In this document: positions 62,925 through 64,000 of the stretch, one piece after another
Position numbering within the stretch: position 1 is the stretch's first letter
How the letters are laid out: each line of letters starts with the position of its first letter
Assembly: GCA_038087875.1 (NCBI GenBank)
Contig: CM075988.1
Span: 930,001-994,000, forward strand
Length of the DNA stretch: 64,000 nucleotides
From: Malacoraja senta
Taxonomy: Eukaryota
Direction: 5' to 3'
Translations under genes and position numbers: made by a program
The notes under the pieces: generated by a model
The model's database searches: none
What the model saw: only the letters and a program-made list of their open reading frames with translations
Told to the model about the DNA's origin: nothing

Positions 62925-63233
62925 AGTTATTAAAGGCATTATTTGCTCAAAACAAAATTACTTAATAATCTGTGGAAGAATCTACCAGATCTGCAAGGCA
63001 CATTCAAAGAATTACAGTGTGTGTTTAAATCCAAGTCACAACTATCAGATGGGATAAAGTTGTAGCTCATGTAAACTAAATGATCACGTCATCTTTATTT
63101 GCAATCTGTCCAAATTAGTTTAAGTTGGAATAATATTGTCCATCAGTTTAAATGAAGGACGCTGAGACAGGTGAGCGAGCAGCTGTGGTGGGGCGGACTA
63201 ATGTTGCTGATTAAAGGTGTTTCTCTCCCACAG

Positions 63234-63452
63234 GTTTATTGCTGCAAAAAGTCAAACACTTCGAGCTGTAATTGGACTCCTTCCCCCATTGTTGACAATT
63301 CCTTCAATGCATTGTCCTTATCTCTGGAGCAGTGTCAGGGGAAAGTGTTTGGTGTCCGTTATGCATGGAAGGAATGGCCCTGCGCACTGAAGAAATGTCC
63401 TATCTATGGCAAAAGTTCTGGGTTACCTGCCCCAACGTTCCTGCTACCGTGA
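63234..63452 (+). CDS. SIAE: SIAE terminal coding exon
   Basis: cccacag|GTT...TGA; VYCC...VRYAWKEWPCALKKCPIYGKSSGLPAPTFLLP*; the seven exons total 1128 nt, in frame. Confidence 0.93.
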   Translation, partial: VYCCKKSNTSSCNWTPSPIVDNSFNALSLSLEQCQGKVFGVRYAWKEWPCALKKCPIYGKSSGLPAPTFLLP

Positions 63453-63765
63453 AATGATCCTTTGTAACATTGTAGTGAAGAAGATCAAGTATATCATCAG
63501 CATAAAACCAGATGTACTGCAAATGCTAGTATATAAAAAGATAAGGAACACAGCAGCTCAGGCAGCATCTCTGGAGAACATGGATCGGTGACATTTTGGG
63601 TCTGGACCTTTCTTCAGATGTTTTACTTTGGTAACTAGTTGAGTAACAACTGGGCCGGATATGTATGACAATGCAAATTATGCCTTTTAGCCTTGTAAAA
63701 GTGATTAATCGTGTGACTTGTTTTCATGAATGTGATGAACAATGATTTATCTGCTTTTCAGTTGA

Positions 63766-63771
63766 ATTAAA
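63766..63771 (+). promoter_or_regulatory. Candidate poly(A) signal ATTAAA for SIAE
   Basis: Variant hexamer ~315 nt after the stop, followed by U-rich sequence; no transcript evidence. Confidence 0.3.
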
Positions 63772-64000
63772 TATTGATTATTTTTTTAATACAAAAAAAC
63801 GAGCTCTGAGCAATTATCTTGTATCCAGGTGTGATCATGTGATTGCACGTTTCTTCAGATTCATACGTGTTCTATTTCACCTTTGTAGTGTTTCCAAATA
63901 ATACATGATTTTTTCTTTTAGTGACGAAGATGATTGCCTTAGGTTTCTGCATCCCTGTTAGATAGAAAGACCATATAATGCCCATGAACTGGAAAAACAT

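Overview
Vertebrate genomic DNA, very probably a cartilaginous fish (skate/ray/shark), inferred from HE1-type SINEs and HER1/CR1-type LINEs. The window holds the 3' part of one plus-strand host gene, sialate O-acetylesterase (SIAE): seven GT-AG coding exons (2067-2205, 12990-13161, 24534-24652, 30510-30643, 33656-33810, 42419-42608, 63234-63452) that splice in frame into 375 residues plus a stop. The 5' exons lie upstream of the window. The introns are almost entirely nested transposons: two young CR1 LINE families (called A and B here), Penelope-like elements, Rex1/Babar fragments, HE1 SINEs, a CORE-SINE, two hAT elements, a Tc1, two Harbinger-type MITEs, probable ERV and Helitron remnants, minisatellites and a 200-N gap. 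Most long ORFs in the track are TE ORFs, their antisense shadows or low-complexity artefacts. Top observations: (1) both divergent CR1 families end ORF1 with a U_UUA_AAC slippery heptamer directly before the stop, ORF2 is in the -1 frame, and family B has no AUG upstream of the endonuclease, pointing to -1 ribosomal frameshifting; (2) Penelope-derived minimal hammerhead ribozyme cores, all antisense to SIAE; (3) a 1.4-kb inverted self-insertion inside a near full-length CR1. All calls are by eye, with no database searches.
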